A stretch of DNA of 64,000 nucleotides from an uncultured candidatus Porisulfidus sp. (GCA_965199755.1 CBDASZ010000001.1:864001-928000); one strand, 5' to 3'. Numbered from the stretch's first letter, positions 19,779-30,187 are shown. Translations and numbers: made by a program. The notes: generated from the sequence alone by a model not told the origin.

Positions 19779-20264
19779 CTATCCCCAGAATTGCATCAAT
19801 CCCCAAGTCGCCTGTAACACAACGAACGCCATAAAACCAGCAAACGCATCATCCATCATAATCCCGACGCCACCACGGAAATGCCGCTCGGCCCAGCCAA
19901 CAGGCCCCGGCTTGAGAATATCGAACAGGCGAAACAGCACAAACCCCGCCACTAACCAGCCCCAACCTTCAGGCGCGACAGTCATCGCAATCAGAAAACC
20001 CACGATCTCATCCCAGACGATAGAACCTGGGTCGGGATCATCCAGAATCTTCGCGCCCAACTCGCACAACCAGATTCCACTGAGAAACAAAATCCCCACC
20101 ATCAGTACATAACTCGCCCACGACAGTTCCGCCAAAGCCAGATACAACAACACACCCAGCACAGTCCCTGCCGTGCCTGGAATGCGCGGGCACTTCCCGA
20201 CTCCGAATCCTGTCGCCAAGGCCAGAATCAGTGTACGTGTGCGCGGGCGCAATTCATCCATCAT
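19779..20264 (-). CDS. pgpA: Phosphatidylglycerophosphatase A
   Basis: GFGVG...PGTAGT, DPGSIVWDEIVG, FRLFDILKP and GIMMDD. Confidence 0.96.
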   Translation of the reverse strand: MMDELRPRTRTLILALATGFGVGKCPRIPGTAGTVLGVLLYLALAELSWASYVLMVGILFLSGIWLCELGAKILDDPDPGSIVWDEIVGFLIAMTVAPEGWGWLVAGFVLFRLFDILKPGPVGWAERHFRGGVGIMMDDAFAGFMAFVVLQATWGLMQFWG

Positions 20265-21204
20265 GACGAAAATGGTCAAATCCCAACTGTTCCGGGAGAT
20301 CGACAGGATGCCCGGCGCAATGCAAACGCAAGCCTTCTTGTGCTTCTATCTCACCCACAGTTGTCACAGCTAAATCCTGTTTTGCCGCCTCGGCCTGAAT
20401 GTGCGCCATAGCCGACTCCGGCGCGGTGAAGATCAACTCGTAGTCCTCCCCGCCACCGAGTATCTCAAACCCGTTCTTCGTATGCTTGAATTCATCCGCC
20501 ATAGCCGGTGACAACGGCACCTTCGACAGATCGATAGTTCCGCCCAGATCGCTTTGCCGCAACAATCGGCTCAAATCCAGCAATACACCGTCAGAAATAT
20601 CAATCGCCGCATGCGCATGACCTCGTAGCGCTTGACCAAATTCCACGCGAGGCTGCGGTCGATGTAACCGCCTCTGACAGGACTCCAGACCTGCTTTTTC
20701 GGGATATTTCCTCGCCAGCGTTGCATCTCCCACCGTGCCCGTCACCGCAATAACATCACCCGCGCATGCCGCATCGCGCCGCAAAGCGGGAGCTTCCCCA
20801 TCCAAACTGCCAATAATACTGATGCACACTGCCAGTTCTCCACGTGATAAGTCGCCCCCTATCAGTGGAATATCATATTCTTGTGCCAATGTTCTCATTC
20901 CTGCACTGAATCCAGCAATCCATTCTTCATCAATCTGTGGCATGACCAGCGCCATGCTGAAACAGAACGGAGTCGCACCCATCGCGGCGAGATCGCTCAA
21001 ATTGACCGCCAGTGCCTTGTATCCAGCGTCTTCAGGTGCTGTATCCGGGTCAAAATGCGCTCCCTGCAAGAACAGGTCCGTGCTGATAACGCAAGGCTTT
21101 GAGGGGAATTTCAGGATGGCGGCATCATCGCCGATACCATGGAGGAGATGCGGGGAATCAATGTCAAATTGAAAATACTTCTCGATCAGCGTATCTTCAT
21201 TCAT
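20254..21204 (-). CDS. thiL: Thiamine-phosphate kinase
   Basis: GIGDDAA, GYKALAVNLSDLAAMGA, IGGDL, AIDISDG and GGEDYEL. Confidence 0.96.
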   Translation of the reverse strand: MNEDTLIEKYFQFDIDSPHLLHGIGDDAAILKFPSKPCVISTDLFLQGAHFDPDTAPEDAGYKALAVNLSDLAAMGATPFCFSMALVMPQIDEEWIAGFSAGMRTLAQEYDIPLIGGDLSRGELAVCISIIGSLDGEAPALRRDAACAGDVIAVTGTVGDATLARKYPEKAGLESCQRRLHRPQPRVEFGQALRGHAHAAIDISDGVLLDLSRLLRQSDLGGTIDLSKVPLSPAMADEFKHTKNGFEILGGGEDYELIFTAPESAMAHIQAEAAKQDLAVTTVGEIEAQEGLRLHCAGHPVDLPEQLGFDHFRHDG

Positions 21205-21664
21205 CAGCGCCGCTCTCCTGATGGGTCTGACCCACACGCCATTCATGCGCTCCCCGATCCAGCACCGCATTCACATATTTGCTGCCTTTCTCGGTGCCAA
21301 ACTTCGCCGCCAACCGCACGGCTTCAGACAATACTACTGCAATCGGAATCTGCGGACAATGCAATAACTCAAAGCAAGCGAATCGCAAAATACTGCGCTC
21401 CACCGGGTCCAGCCGGTCCAGCGATCGATCCAGCAGTGGCGTCAACTGCTGGGTCAATTCGGCATCACGTTCCAGCACTCCGCGCAACAGGAGTTCGAAA
21501 TAAGCGGCATCCGCTCGCTCGATACCTTCCGTTCCGGAGAACTGTTCAAGCAGTGTCTCCGCATCCGTCCCCGACAGATCCCATTGATACAAGGCTTGCA
21601 ATGTCAGTCGACGTGCCCAGTGGTGTTCACGATTCTCGCGATGCTGCGGCGAGTTCATCGCCAT
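21197..21664 (-). CDS. nusB: Transcription antitermination factor
   Basis: ARRLTLQALYQW, LDPVERSILR and EAVRLAAKFG....YVNAVLD. Confidence 0.96.
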   Translation of the reverse strand: MAMNSPQHRENREHHWARRLTLQALYQWDLSGTDAETLLEQFSGTEGIERADAAYFELLLRGVLERDAELTQQLTPLLDRSLDRLDPVERSILRFACFELLHCPQIPIAVVLSEAVRLAAKFGTEKGSKYVNAVLDRGAHEWRVGQTHQESGADE

Positions 21665-22161
21665 TCACCATCATCATTCGGATGCGACGGCTCACCAAAC
21701 TTTCTAAAGGCTGCCATCTGCAGTGCGGCAAGCGCCGCCTCGGAGCCTTTGTTGGATTCCTCACCATGACTTAGTTCCGGGTTGCCCCAGTCTGACAGCA
21801 TTGCCGAGCGTTGGTCAGCCTGCTCCTGAGTGTCCGCAGTGATTAGCCCAAACAGTACCGGAGCCTTGCCGTTGCGCGCCAATTTGCCGAGACCTCGTGT
21901 GCATTCGGCGCTGATGTATTCAAAATGCGGCGTCTCACCACGAATGACGCAGCCTAGCGCAATCAACGCATCGTAGCGCTCCAGGTCCTGGCATGTCTGA
22001 ACTGCCGCTGGCAACTCCCAGGCACCCGGCACCCGATAGATGTCAATGTGATCCTCCGAAACGCTGCGCGCCATCAGTGTCTTGACTGCGCCATCGATCA
22101 GACGCTCCACCACCCCGGCATTGAATCGTGAGGCAATGATTGCGAATGCGCTGTCATTCAT
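21655..22161 (-). CDS. ribH: 6,7-dimethyl-8-ribityllumazine synthase
   Basis: SRFN, VPGAWELP, LGCVIRGETPHFEYI and NKG.EAA. Confidence 0.95.
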   Translation of the reverse strand: MNDSAFAIIASRFNAGVVERLIDGAVKTLMARSVSEDHIDIYRVPGAWELPAAVQTCQDLERYDALIALGCVIRGETPHFEYISAECTRGLGKLARNGKAPVLFGLITADTQEQADQRSAMLSDWGNPELSHGEESNKGSEAALAALQMAAFRKFGEPSHPNDDGEWR

Positions 22162-23258
22162 GGCTCTATGTACTCCGTGACTTCCAAGCCAAACCCGCCC
22201 AGACCATGGAAGATTTGCGGCGCGCTCATCAGCCGCATGCGCCGAACCCGCAAGTCGCGCAGAATCTGCGCGCCTGAACCGAGCATACGACGATCAGTAG
22301 GTATGTCGCGCGGGCGCGTCAGTGTGCCGCTGCGCACCATGCGAATTCGTTCCGCCAGCCGTGCGGCGGACTCCGGCCAGCGCAAAATCACCACCACGCC
22401 ACTGCCTTCCGCCTCAATACGTGCCATCGCATCTCGCAGCGGCCAGTTCATCTCCGTCAATGTGGATTGCGCAACATCATTCAGGATATTTTGCACATGC
22501 ACCCGCACCAGTACTGGCTCCTCTGGTCGCCATTCTCCCTTGACCAGCGCCAAATGCAGCGTGTCCATGGTCTGATCCTCAAACGCAATCAACTCAAACT
22601 CACCGTAATCAGTCGGCAAGGTGCAGCGTGCGGTGCGATTCACCGTCGGCTCGCGCTCCACTCGGTAGCGAATCAGGCTTTCAATCGTGCCTATTTTCAG
22701 CCCATGCTCTTGTGCCAGCGCCTCCAGTTGCGGACGCCGCGCCATCGTGCCGTCCTCATTCAGAATTTCAATAATGACTGCGGCCGGCTCCAGCCCGGCC
22801 AATCGCGCCAGATCACAGCCGCCTTCAGTATGGCCGGCGCGCGCCAGAACACCACCGGGCTGCTGCATTAAACACTGCAGGTGTCCCGGTTGCAGAATAT
22901 CCGCCGCACGGGCATTACTCGCAACTGCCGCCTCAATCGTCACCGCTCGGTCCTGTGCGGACACCCCGGTTGTAATGCCTTCACGCGCATCAATCGTGAA
23001 TGTGAAATTGGTCTGTTGCGCCTCATCCGTCGCCGGATCCATCAGCGGCAAGTCCAGTTGCTGACAGCGCTCCCGGGTCAGCGCCAGACACAGCAGACCG
23101 CGACCATGGCGCATCATAAAATTAATGTGATCCGCGGTCACCAGTGAGGCAGCCACCACCAGATCGCCTTCATTCTCGCGCGCCTCATCATCGGCCAGAA
23201 TAATCATCCGACCGCCGCGCAGATCCTGAATCAATTCTTCGGTGCTGTTGAATTTCAT
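22158..23258 (-). CDS. ribB: DHBP synthase fused to a degenerate GTP cyclohydrolase II domain (RibBX type)
   Basis: DDEARENEGD, TGVSA.DR and RAGHTE. The C-terminal domain has VRVHVQNIL without the Zn-binding cysteines. Start trimmed to 23258. Confidence 0.92.
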   Translation of the reverse strand: MKFNSTEELIQDLRGGRMIILADDEARENEGDLVVAASLVTADHINFMMRHGRGLLCLALTRERCQQLDLPLMDPATDEAQQTNFTFTIDAREGITTGVSAQDRAVTIEAAVASNARAADILQPGHLQCLMQQPGGVLARAGHTEGGCDLARLAGLEPAAVIIEILNEDGTMARRPQLEALAQEHGLKIGTIESLIRYRVEREPTVNRTARCTLPTDYGEFELIAFEDQTMDTLHLALVKGEWRPEEPVLVRVHVQNILNDVAQSTLTEMNWPLRDAMARIEAEGSGVVVILRWPESAARLAERIRMVRSGTLTRPRDIPTDRRMLGSGAQILRDLRVRRMRLMSAPQIFHGLGGFGLEVTEYIEP

Positions 23259-23860
23259 TCGTTCCCCCGTGCTTCCAGTAAGCGCTCCAGATAACGCGCC
23301 AGCATATCCACTTCCAGGTTGACCGCATCGCCGATCTGATAGTCCACTGCAATCGTATGTGCAAGCGTGTGTGGGATGAGCGTCACCCCAAACTCCGTGC
23401 CCTGCACTCCGGTCACCGTCAGACTCACACCATCGACGCAAACCGAACCGCGCGGCGCGAAATACGGCATCAATTCCTCCGGGCTCACAATGCGCAATTG
23501 CGTCTGTCCTTCGGTCGCTTCCAGCTCGGCAATTCGACCAACCCCGTCAACATGACCGCTGACCCAATGCCCGCCCAGAGCATCCCCCATGCACAGCGCC
23601 GGCTCCAGATTGACCTGTGCGCCCACACGTACATCGCGCAAGGTGGTATGCGCTTGAGTCGTCTCGCTCACATCCACCGCAAATGAGTCTGCCGTCGGCT
23701 GCAGCACCGTCAGACACACTCCGTCCACGGCCACACTTTCACCGGTGCGTACTTTCTGCATACGGCCCTTCGGCGCGTAACTCAACTCAAGCCGACACGA
23801 TTCATCGGTCGCATGCACTGCTGCCACCGTGCCGCGGGCTTCAACAATCCCCGTGAACAT
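23255..23860 (-). CDS. ribE: Riboflavin synthase (alpha chain)
   Basis: MFTGIVE, GESVAVDGVCLTV, GGHWVSGHVD, DGVSLTV and VNLEVD. Confidence 0.96.
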   Translation of the reverse strand: MFTGIVEARGTVAAVHATDESCRLELSYAPKGRMQKVRTGESVAVDGVCLTVLQPTADSFAVDVSETTQAHTTLRDVRVGAQVNLEPALCMGDALGGHWVSGHVDGVGRIAELEATEGQTQLRIVSPEELMPYFAPRGSVCVDGVSLTVTGVQGTEFGVTLIPHTLAHTIAVDYQIGDAVNLEVDMLARYLERLLEARGNE

Positions 23861-24966
23861 TACTGTCTTCGTCGGTATGTGGCGCGAATATCAGAATCCA
23901 GGACTTCCGTCTCGCACAAGGCCCACTCGGAAACTTCTGGCAATTCCATTGCCGGCGGCAGATCCGCCAGCGGCATAGCATCCCGCCCCAGCAGGCGCGG
24001 CGCGATATAGACGATCAACTCATTGACTCTGCCTTGACGCAGCAGCGCGCCGGCAAAACGAGCGCCTGCTTCGACCAGCACCTCATTGACCCCATGGTTT
24101 GCTGCCAAACTCTCCAGTATCTGCCCCAAATGCAAGCCCCGCTCTTCTTCCTCCACCACTTCGATGGACAGTTTCGGGAATTTCTTGCGCAGAGATTCTT
24201 CCTTCGCGGATGAGGTATACACCAGCACCGGCGCATCCTCGTCCCAAAACTTCAAGTCCGGGCTCAGGTCCGCTCCCCGATCCACCACTACCCGCAAAGG
24301 CTGGCGCACGGTATCCACTCCCAATTCCAGCGATCTCAAACGCACATTCAGCCGCGCCTCATCACGCGCAATGGTTTTCGCGGTAGACAACACCGCTCCG
24401 GCACGGGCGCGCAGGTACTGCACATCGTCACGCGCATCACGGCCGGTGATCCATTGACTGCGGCCATCCGCCAGCGCGCTTCCCCCATCTAGACTGACCG
24501 CCTGCTTCAGGCGTACCCAGGGCGTCCCGGTCAGCATCCGGTGAAAGAACGTGAAATTAAGCTCCCATGCCTCTTCTTTCTGCACGCCCACATCACAATC
24601 GATCCCGGCAGCTTCCAATTCCTTGCGTCCGCGCCCGCTGACTTGCGGGTTCGGGTCCTGCACAGCCATCACGACCCGGCTGATGCCAGCTACAATAATA
24701 TTTGAAACGCACGGTGGTGTGCGCCCCTGATGCGCACACGGCTCCAGCGTGACGTACAGCGTCGCGTCGCGCGCCGCCAGACCCGCTTCCTGCAGGGCCA
24801 TAACTTCTGCATGCGCCTCTCCGGCATACTGGTGAAACCCGCGCCCCACCACTTTGTCTTGCGACACAATCACGCAACCGACGCAAGGATTCGGCGGCGT
24901 GGTATACCTCCCCCGACGCGCCAGGTCCAGCGCTTCGCGCATATATGCGGCATCGTCTTGCATCAT
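23860..24966 (-). CDS. ribD: Bifunctional pyrimidine deaminase/reductase
   Basis: PNPCVG, HAEV, TLEPCAHQGRTPPC, SLDG and SQWITG. Confidence 0.97.
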   Translation of the reverse strand: MMQDDAAYMREALDLARRGRYTTPPNPCVGCVIVSQDKVVGRGFHQYAGEAHAEVMALQEAGLAARDATLYVTLEPCAHQGRTPPCVSNIIVAGISRVVMAVQDPNPQVSGRGRKELEAAGIDCDVGVQKEEAWELNFTFFHRMLTGTPWVRLKQAVSLDGGSALADGRSQWITGRDARDDVQYLRARAGAVLSTAKTIARDEARLNVRLRSLELGVDTVRQPLRVVVDRGADLSPDLKFWDEDAPVLVYTSSAKEESLRKKFPKLSIEVVEEEERGLHLGQILESLAANHGVNEVLVEAGARFAGALLRQGRVNELIVYIAPRLLGRDAMPLADLPPAMELPEVSEWALCETEVLDSDIRATYRRRQ

Positions 24967-25517
24967 GGTGTCTCTTCCTCAGCCGTCTCCAGAGTGAAAT
25001 CCAACTCCTCATTGTCGAGCAGATTCATCTGCCGTTTGCGGGCCGCGACCGGAAGCGCATTCCGCTCTCGGTTAATCAATTCCTGCCACTGCGCGAAACT
25101 ACGCACTTTCTCATTCACGGAAGCGTACAGGATGCAAGCAGTCGGGTCATGCTGACGCAAGGCGTCTTTCACCCACTGTGCGATGGCCTCGGTCTCTATA
25201 GTATTGCCCGGATGCAAGGATATCCGACTCAACACCTGCTCGGTCAGACTATCCTGCTTGAGCCTCTCCTCACTGTTGTCGCTACGGTTGCGCCAAGCCA
25301 ATCGCATACTTCGCAGCAATTTTTCACGATCAAATGGCTCACAGCGCTCATCCCGTTTGATGACTTCTTTAGGCAATCGCGGAAAGACGCTCTCGTAAGT
25401 CGTGAACCGCCACTTGCAGCGAGCGCACTCACGGCGTCGCCGAACCCGGTTTTCTGACTCTTTACTGCGAGAATCAATAACCCGGGTATCGAAATGATTG
25501 CATTTCGGGCATCGCAC
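24963..25517 (-). CDS. nrdR: Transcriptional repressor NrdR, divergent ATP-cone with C-terminal extension
   Basis: MRCPKC...VIDSR...RRRRECARC.WRFTTYE and VIKRD...FDREKL; conserved glyA-nrdR-ribD position. Confidence 0.92.
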   Translation of the reverse strand: MRCPKCNHFDTRVIDSRSKESENRVRRRRECARCKWRFTTYESVFPRLPKEVIKRDERCEPFDREKLLRSMRLAWRNRSDNSEERLKQDSLTEQVLSRISLHPGNTIETEAIAQWVKDALRQHDPTACILYASVNEKVRSFAQWQELINRERNALPVAARKRQMNLLDNEELDFTLETAEEETP

Positions 25518-25551
25518 GAAGCACCTCTAGGCGCACTACGCGGAAATCCGC

Positions 25552-26811
25552 TCAGGCATCTCCGTAGACCGGATAGCGCACACACAGATCGCTGACTTTG
25601 GCTCGCGTGGCGTCAATCACAGACACATCTTCCATGTTGTCGATGACATCACACATCCAGCCAGCCAGATCAACGCACTCCGCTTCAGCCAGACCGCGGG
25701 TGGTCACCGCCGGCGTACCCACGCGGATGCCGCTGGTGACGAAAGGACTGTTGGGATCATTCGGCACGGTGTTCTTGTTGACCGTAATATGCGCCTGACC
25801 CAGCGCCGCGTCCACTTCCTTGCCAGTGTAACCCTGTGCGATGAAGTCAACCAGAAACAGATGATCGTCAGTACCGCCGGAGACAATCTTGTACTGCCGC
25901 TCCATGAAGGTGCGCACCATTGCCTGCGCGTTACCGAGTACCTGGCGCTGATATTCGGCGAAGTCTGGCTCCGCAGCTTCCTTGAAGGCGACCGCCTTGG
26001 CCGCAATGACATGCATCAAAGGCCCGCCCTGCATGCCGGGGAAGACCATGGAATTGATCTTTTTGGTGACCTCCTCGTTCTCCCGCGCGATGATAAAGCC
26101 GCTGCGCGGGCCGCGCAGAGTCTTGTGCGTGGTCGAGGTCACAATATCGGCGACGGGCACCGGGTTCGGATACAGACCGGCCGCAATCAGCCCGGAGACG
26201 TGCGCCATATCCACCATCAGCAAGGCACCGACTGAATCACAAATATCGCGAAAACGCTGCCAATCCATGACTCGTGAATAGGCGGAAAATCCGGCCACAA
26301 TCAGTTTGGGTCGATGCTCTTCAGCCAGTTGCGCGACCTGCTCGTAATCCACTTCACCGGATTCCGGCTCCAGTCCGTACTGCACCGCGTTGTAGTTCTT
26401 GCCGGAGAAATTCACCGGCGAGCCGTGCGTCAAATGCCCGCCATGCGCCAGACTCATGCCCATGATGGTGTCGCCCGGCTGCAGCAAGGCGGTATAAACC
26501 GCGGCGTTAGCCTGCGAGCCGGAGTGCGGCTGCACATTGGCGTAATCCGCACCATACAAGGCGCAAGCGCGCTCGATCGCCAGTTGCTCGACCACGTCCA
26601 CATGCTCACAACCGCCATAGTAACGGCGCGCCGGGTAGCCTTCCGCGTATTTATTGGTCAGTACTGATCCCTGGGCCTCCAGCACTCGCGGGCTGGTGTA
26701 GTTCTCTGAGGCGATCAGTTCGATGTGATCTTCCTGTCGCTGGCGTTCGGCGTCAATCGCCGCCGACACTTCCGGGTCGAACCCGGCAATGTTCATGTCC
26801 TGTGAAAACAT
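25552..26811 (-). CDS. glyA: Serine hydroxymethyltransferase
   Basis: [24 protein letters not shown] and [12 protein letters not shown] (PLP-Lys). Confidence 0.98.
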   Translation of the reverse strand: MFSQDMNIAGFDPEVSAAIDAERQRQEDHIELIASENYTSPRVLEAQGSVLTNKYAEGYPARRYYGGCEHVDVVEQLAIERACALYGADYANVQPHSGSQANAAVYTALLQPGDTIMGMSLAHGGHLTHGSPVNFSGKNYNAVQYGLEPESGEVDYEQVAQLAEEHRPKLIVAGFSAYSRVMDWQRFRDICDSVGALLMVDMAHVSGLIAAGLYPNPVPVADIVTSTTHKTLRGPRSGFIIARENEEVTKKINSMVFPGMQGGPLMHVIAAKAVAFKEAAEPDFAEYQRQVLGNAQAMVRTFMERQYKIVSGGTDDHLFLVDFIAQGYTGKEVDAALGQAHITVNKNTVPNDPNSPFVTSGIRVGTPAVTTRGLAEAECVDLAGWMCDVIDNMEDVSVIDATRAKVSDLCVRYPVYGDA

Positions 26812-26912
26812 CTCATCCAAAACAGTAATAAAAAGCGAATTATAGGGGATTTATGTGCTATCACTCGCAAGTTACGGCATTGGCCGCATCAGAATTGCAA
26901 ACTCGCCGTGCC

Positions 26913-27344
26913 ATGAAGTACAATGACGACACCAGATTTCGATATCCAGTCATGAACAGAGACGACTCCTATACCACCACGGATAGGCTGAGCGATCACT
27001 TTTTTGATCTGAGCTCAGAACAGGAAGGTCACATTCTTATTGTTCGCGTCAATGGCCGTGTCGATGGCGTGAACTCGGAAGAGTTTCACACGCGCGTCAA
27101 GGAGATTATGGATGAGATCAGTCCGCCCCCTCCCCTGATCCTGAACCTTTCTGGTCTCACGTACGCCAGCAGCGCAGCCCTGCGAATTCTGCTGCAAATC
27201 GCCCAGGACATGAAGAAGAAAAATCTGTATTTTGCGCTCTGCGCTCCGTTGCCAGAGGTTCAAAACATCATTGAGTGCACCGGTTTCGACAAAATCATTA
27301 AGACCCACAAGGATCTCCCGACCGCTATTCGGGATATTACTTGA
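26913..27344 (+). CDS. STAS-domain anti-sigma factor antagonist
   Basis: GRVDGVNS..F, LNLSGLTYASSAALR (phospho-Ser motif) and GFDKII. Start 26913 or 26952. Confidence 0.88.
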   Translation: MKYNDDTRFRYPVMNRDDSYTTTDRLSDHFFDLSSEQEGHILIVRVNGRVDGVNSEEFHTRVKEIMDEISPPPPLILNLSGLTYASSAALRILLQIAQDMKKKNLYFALCAPLPEVQNIIECTGFDKIIKTHKDLPTAIRDIT

Positions 27345-27403
27345 CGCGCCTCAAGCAAGGCGGCACTCTGACACTGCACTCACGCAAGCGCGAGGAATCC
27401 TGC

Positions 27404-28324
27404 CTATGGACGCTCGTCCGTCTCCTCGGAGGCAGGCATCAGATCATGTCCGCTGACACCCAGTTTCAGCAATGAACTGCCAGCCACATAAATAGACGAA
27501 TACGTGCCTACTATCACGCCCACAATCAAAGCGATTGAAAAGGCGTGGATCACCTCCCCGCCAAAGAAGAACAGTGCGACCAGCACCAGCAGTGTGGTCA
27601 GCGAGGTCATTAAGGTCCGCGACAGCGTCTGGCTGATAGAAATGTTCAGCACTTCCTCGCTACTGTGACGTCGCAGCTGGCGGAAATTCTCCCGAATCCG
27701 GTCGAACACCACGATGGTGTCGTTCAGGGAATAACCGATCACCGCCAGGATCGCGGCCAATACGGTCAGGTCAAACTCAATTTGCATGATTGAGAAAAAC
27801 CCGATGGTCAGAATCACGTCATGCACCAGTGCAATGATGGCACCAAAAGAAAACCGGTACTCAAAACGCAACGCCACATAGATCAAAATCAGCACCAGCG
27901 CGTACAGCATGGCCAGCCCGCCATCGTCGCGCAACTCCTCACCCACCTGAGGCCCGACAAATTCCACGCGCCGCAGCTCCAGCGGCTGTTCTCCGCGTAG
28001 CGCGTCCAGCACCTCGTTGCTCAATTCACTGCGTGGGCGATCATCTGGCTTCAGACGTACCAGCACGTCTTGCGCGGCACCGAAATGCTGCACCATAGCC
28101 CGCTCAAATCCGTGCGCCTCCAGACGCGCCCGGATGGGTTCGAGTTCCACCGCTTCAGGATAACCAACCTCAATCAGAGTGCCCCCCTCAAAGTCCACGC
28201 CCAGATTCAGTCCCTGTATCGCCAGTGAACCGATAGAAGCAAGCAACAGCACACCTGACAGGAGCGCCGCCATGCGCGCCTTGCCCATGAAGTCAATCTG
28301 AATCTGGCGGGGGAGCAAGCGCAT
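27404..28324 (-). CDS. secF: Protein translocase subunit SecF
   Basis: GLNLGVDFEGG, VGPQVG, HDV, GYSLNDTIVVFDRIRE and GTYSSIY. Confidence 0.97.
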   Translation of the reverse strand: MRLLPRQIQIDFMGKARMAALLSGVLLLASIGSLAIQGLNLGVDFEGGTLIEVGYPEAVELEPIRARLEAHGFERAMVQHFGAAQDVLVRLKPDDRPRSELSNEVLDALRGEQPLELRRVEFVGPQVGEELRDDGGLAMLYALVLILIYVALRFEYRFSFGAIIALVHDVILTIGFFSIMQIEFDLTVLAAILAVIGYSLNDTIVVFDRIRENFRQLRRHSSEEVLNISISQTLSRTLMTSLTTLLVLVALFFFGGEVIHAFSIALIVGVIVGTYSSIYVAGSSLLKLGVSGHDLMPASEETDERP

Positions 28325-28327
28325 GGT

Positions 28328-30187
28328 TCAGACCTGCAACGCCGTCACGCGACGGCGGCCATAAATCAGATTCACCACCGCGCGCGTTCCCATCACCGCG
28401 GTGAACATGGAGGCCACAATGCCAATCGACAGCGTGACCGCAAATCCCTTTATCGGCCCGGTCCCAAACGCGAACAGCACAATGGCGGCAATCAGGGTGG
28501 TGATGTTGGCATCCGCGATGGTCGACAGCGCCTTGCTGTAACCGGCCTGAATACTGGCCTGAGGCGAATTGCCACTATCCATTTCCTCGCGAATGCGCTC
28601 GAAAATCAGGACATTCGCGTCCACCGCCATACCCACTGTCAGTACAATTCCGGCAATCCCCGGCAGCGTCAGCGTCGCGCCTGGGATCATCGACATGACC
28701 GCAACGATCAACACCAGGTTGACCATCAGCGCGACATTGGCAATCAGCCCGAACAGGCGATAGTAAATCATCATAAATACAATAACCAGCAAAAAACCGA
28801 TCATCACAGACAGCGCGCCAAGTTCGATGTTCTGCTGTCCCAGACTGGGCCCGACGGTGCGCTCCTCAACGATGTGCATCGGCGTCGCCAGCGAACCGGC
28901 CCGCAACAGCAGCGCCAGATTGCGGGATTCCCGCGTGGTGTCAAGGCCGGTGATCTGAAAGCGTTTCGACAACTGATCCTGAATGCGGGCTACATTGATG
29001 ACTTCGCGCGATTCCCGCATCACCGTTTTTGCCTCACCGTCCGTCACCACCGTATCACTGCGCTGCTCAATAAACACCACACCCATCAGACGCTTGATAT
29101 TTTCTCCAGTCACTTTGGCGAACTGCCGCGCGCCCTCACCGTCGAGCGTGATGTGCACCGCCGGCTGGCCGCGTTCATCAAAACCCGAAGACGCATCAAT
29201 GATGTGTTCGCCAGTAAGCATGACCTGTCGTTTCAGCAATACCGGCGTGTTGTCGCGCTCGTAGTACAACTCATCCGCAAGCGGCACTTCCCCGCTTTCC
29301 GCCGCCAGAAACGGATCAGCCTGTTCATCCACCAGTCGGAACTCCAGCGTCGCAGTCGCCCCCAGAATCTCTTTCGCGCGTGCGGTGTCCTGAACGCCGG
29401 GCAGTTGCACGGCGATGCGTGTGCGGCCCTGCTGCTGAATGACCGGTTCGGCCACTCCCAGTTCATTGACGCGCTTGCGCAAGGTGATCAGGTTCTGGCT
29501 GATGGCGTTGCGTCGAATCTCCGAGCGCGCTGCTGGTTTTAGTTTCATGCTCACAAACGGCGTGGCACCCCCGCTTGTAGCGAAATCAAAACTGTCGAAA
29601 TATTCCTCATCCAGCAGTTCTTCAATGCTCTCGGCCATTGCTGCTGTGCGTCCGTAAATACGCAACTCCTCACCCAACTCTTCTACCTTACGATAGCGAA
29701 TGCGCTCCTCGCGCAACAGCCGGCGAATATCCGAGGCGTGCCGCGTGTACGCTTTGCTGATGGAATCATCCAGATTAACTTCGAGCAGAAAATGCACCCC
29801 GCCGCGCAAATCCAGCCCCAGATTCATCGGGTGTGCGCCGAACGCAGTCAGCCACTCTGGTGTGGCCGGCGCCAGATGCAAGGCGACCGAATAGCGATCG
29901 GCCAAAGCCTCGCGCAAAATATCCGCACCGCGGATCTGATCTTCCGGGTTGGCAAAGCGAATCAGTAATGAGTCTTCCTGCAACTCCAGTTGCTGGTACG
30001 ACTGTTTTTTCAGCTCCAGAATTTGCTGAATTTGCTTTTGTTCTTTCTCACCCAACTCCAGACGGGTCGAGGAAATCTGTACGGACGGATCCGAAGGATA
30101 CAGATTGGGGAGCGCATACAGCACCGCGATTCCCAGCACACTGACAATCAGCAGGTTCTTCCACCACGGATAGTGATTCGCTTTCAT
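28328..30187 (-). CDS. secD: Protein translocase subunit SecD
   Basis: LGLDLRGGVHFL, RVNELGVAEP, VGPSLG, GMAVDANVLIFERIRE and GPIKGFA. Confidence 0.98.
   Translation of the reverse strand: MKANHYPWWKNLLIVSVLGIAVLYALPNLYPSDPSVQISSTRLELGEKEQKQIQQILELKKQSYQQLELQEDSLLIRFANPEDQIRGADILREALADRYSVALHLAPATPEWLTAFGAHPMNLGLDLRGGVHFLLEVNLDDSISKAYTRHASDIRRLLREERIRYRKVEELGEELRIYGRTAAMAESIEELLDEEYFDSFDFATSGGATPFVSMKLKPAARSEIRRNAISQNLITLRKRVNELGVAEPVIQQQGRTRIAVQLPGVQDTARAKEILGATATLEFRLVDEQADPFLAAESGEVPLADELYYERDNTPVLLKRQVMLTGEHIIDASSGFDERGQPAVHITLDGEGARQFAKVTGENIKRLMGVVFIEQRSDTVVTDGEAKTVMRESREVINVARIQDQLSKRFQITGLDTTRESRNLALLLRAGSLATPMHIVEERTVGPSLGQQNIELGALSVMIGFLLVIVFMMIYYRLFGLIANVALMVNLVLIVAVMSMIPGATLTLPGIAGIVLTVGMAVDANVLIFERIREEMDSGNSPQASIQAGYSKALSTIADANITTLIAAIVLFAFGTGPIKGFAVTLSIGIVASMFTAVMGTRAVVNLIYGRRRVTALQV

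Noticed and set aside
23259-23441. N-terminal extensions given by the ORF track for ribB (also hisZ, hflC, gltA, miaA, thiL)
   Set aside because: They overlap upstream genes in other frames; the downstream starts give canonical N-termini and stop/start coupling.
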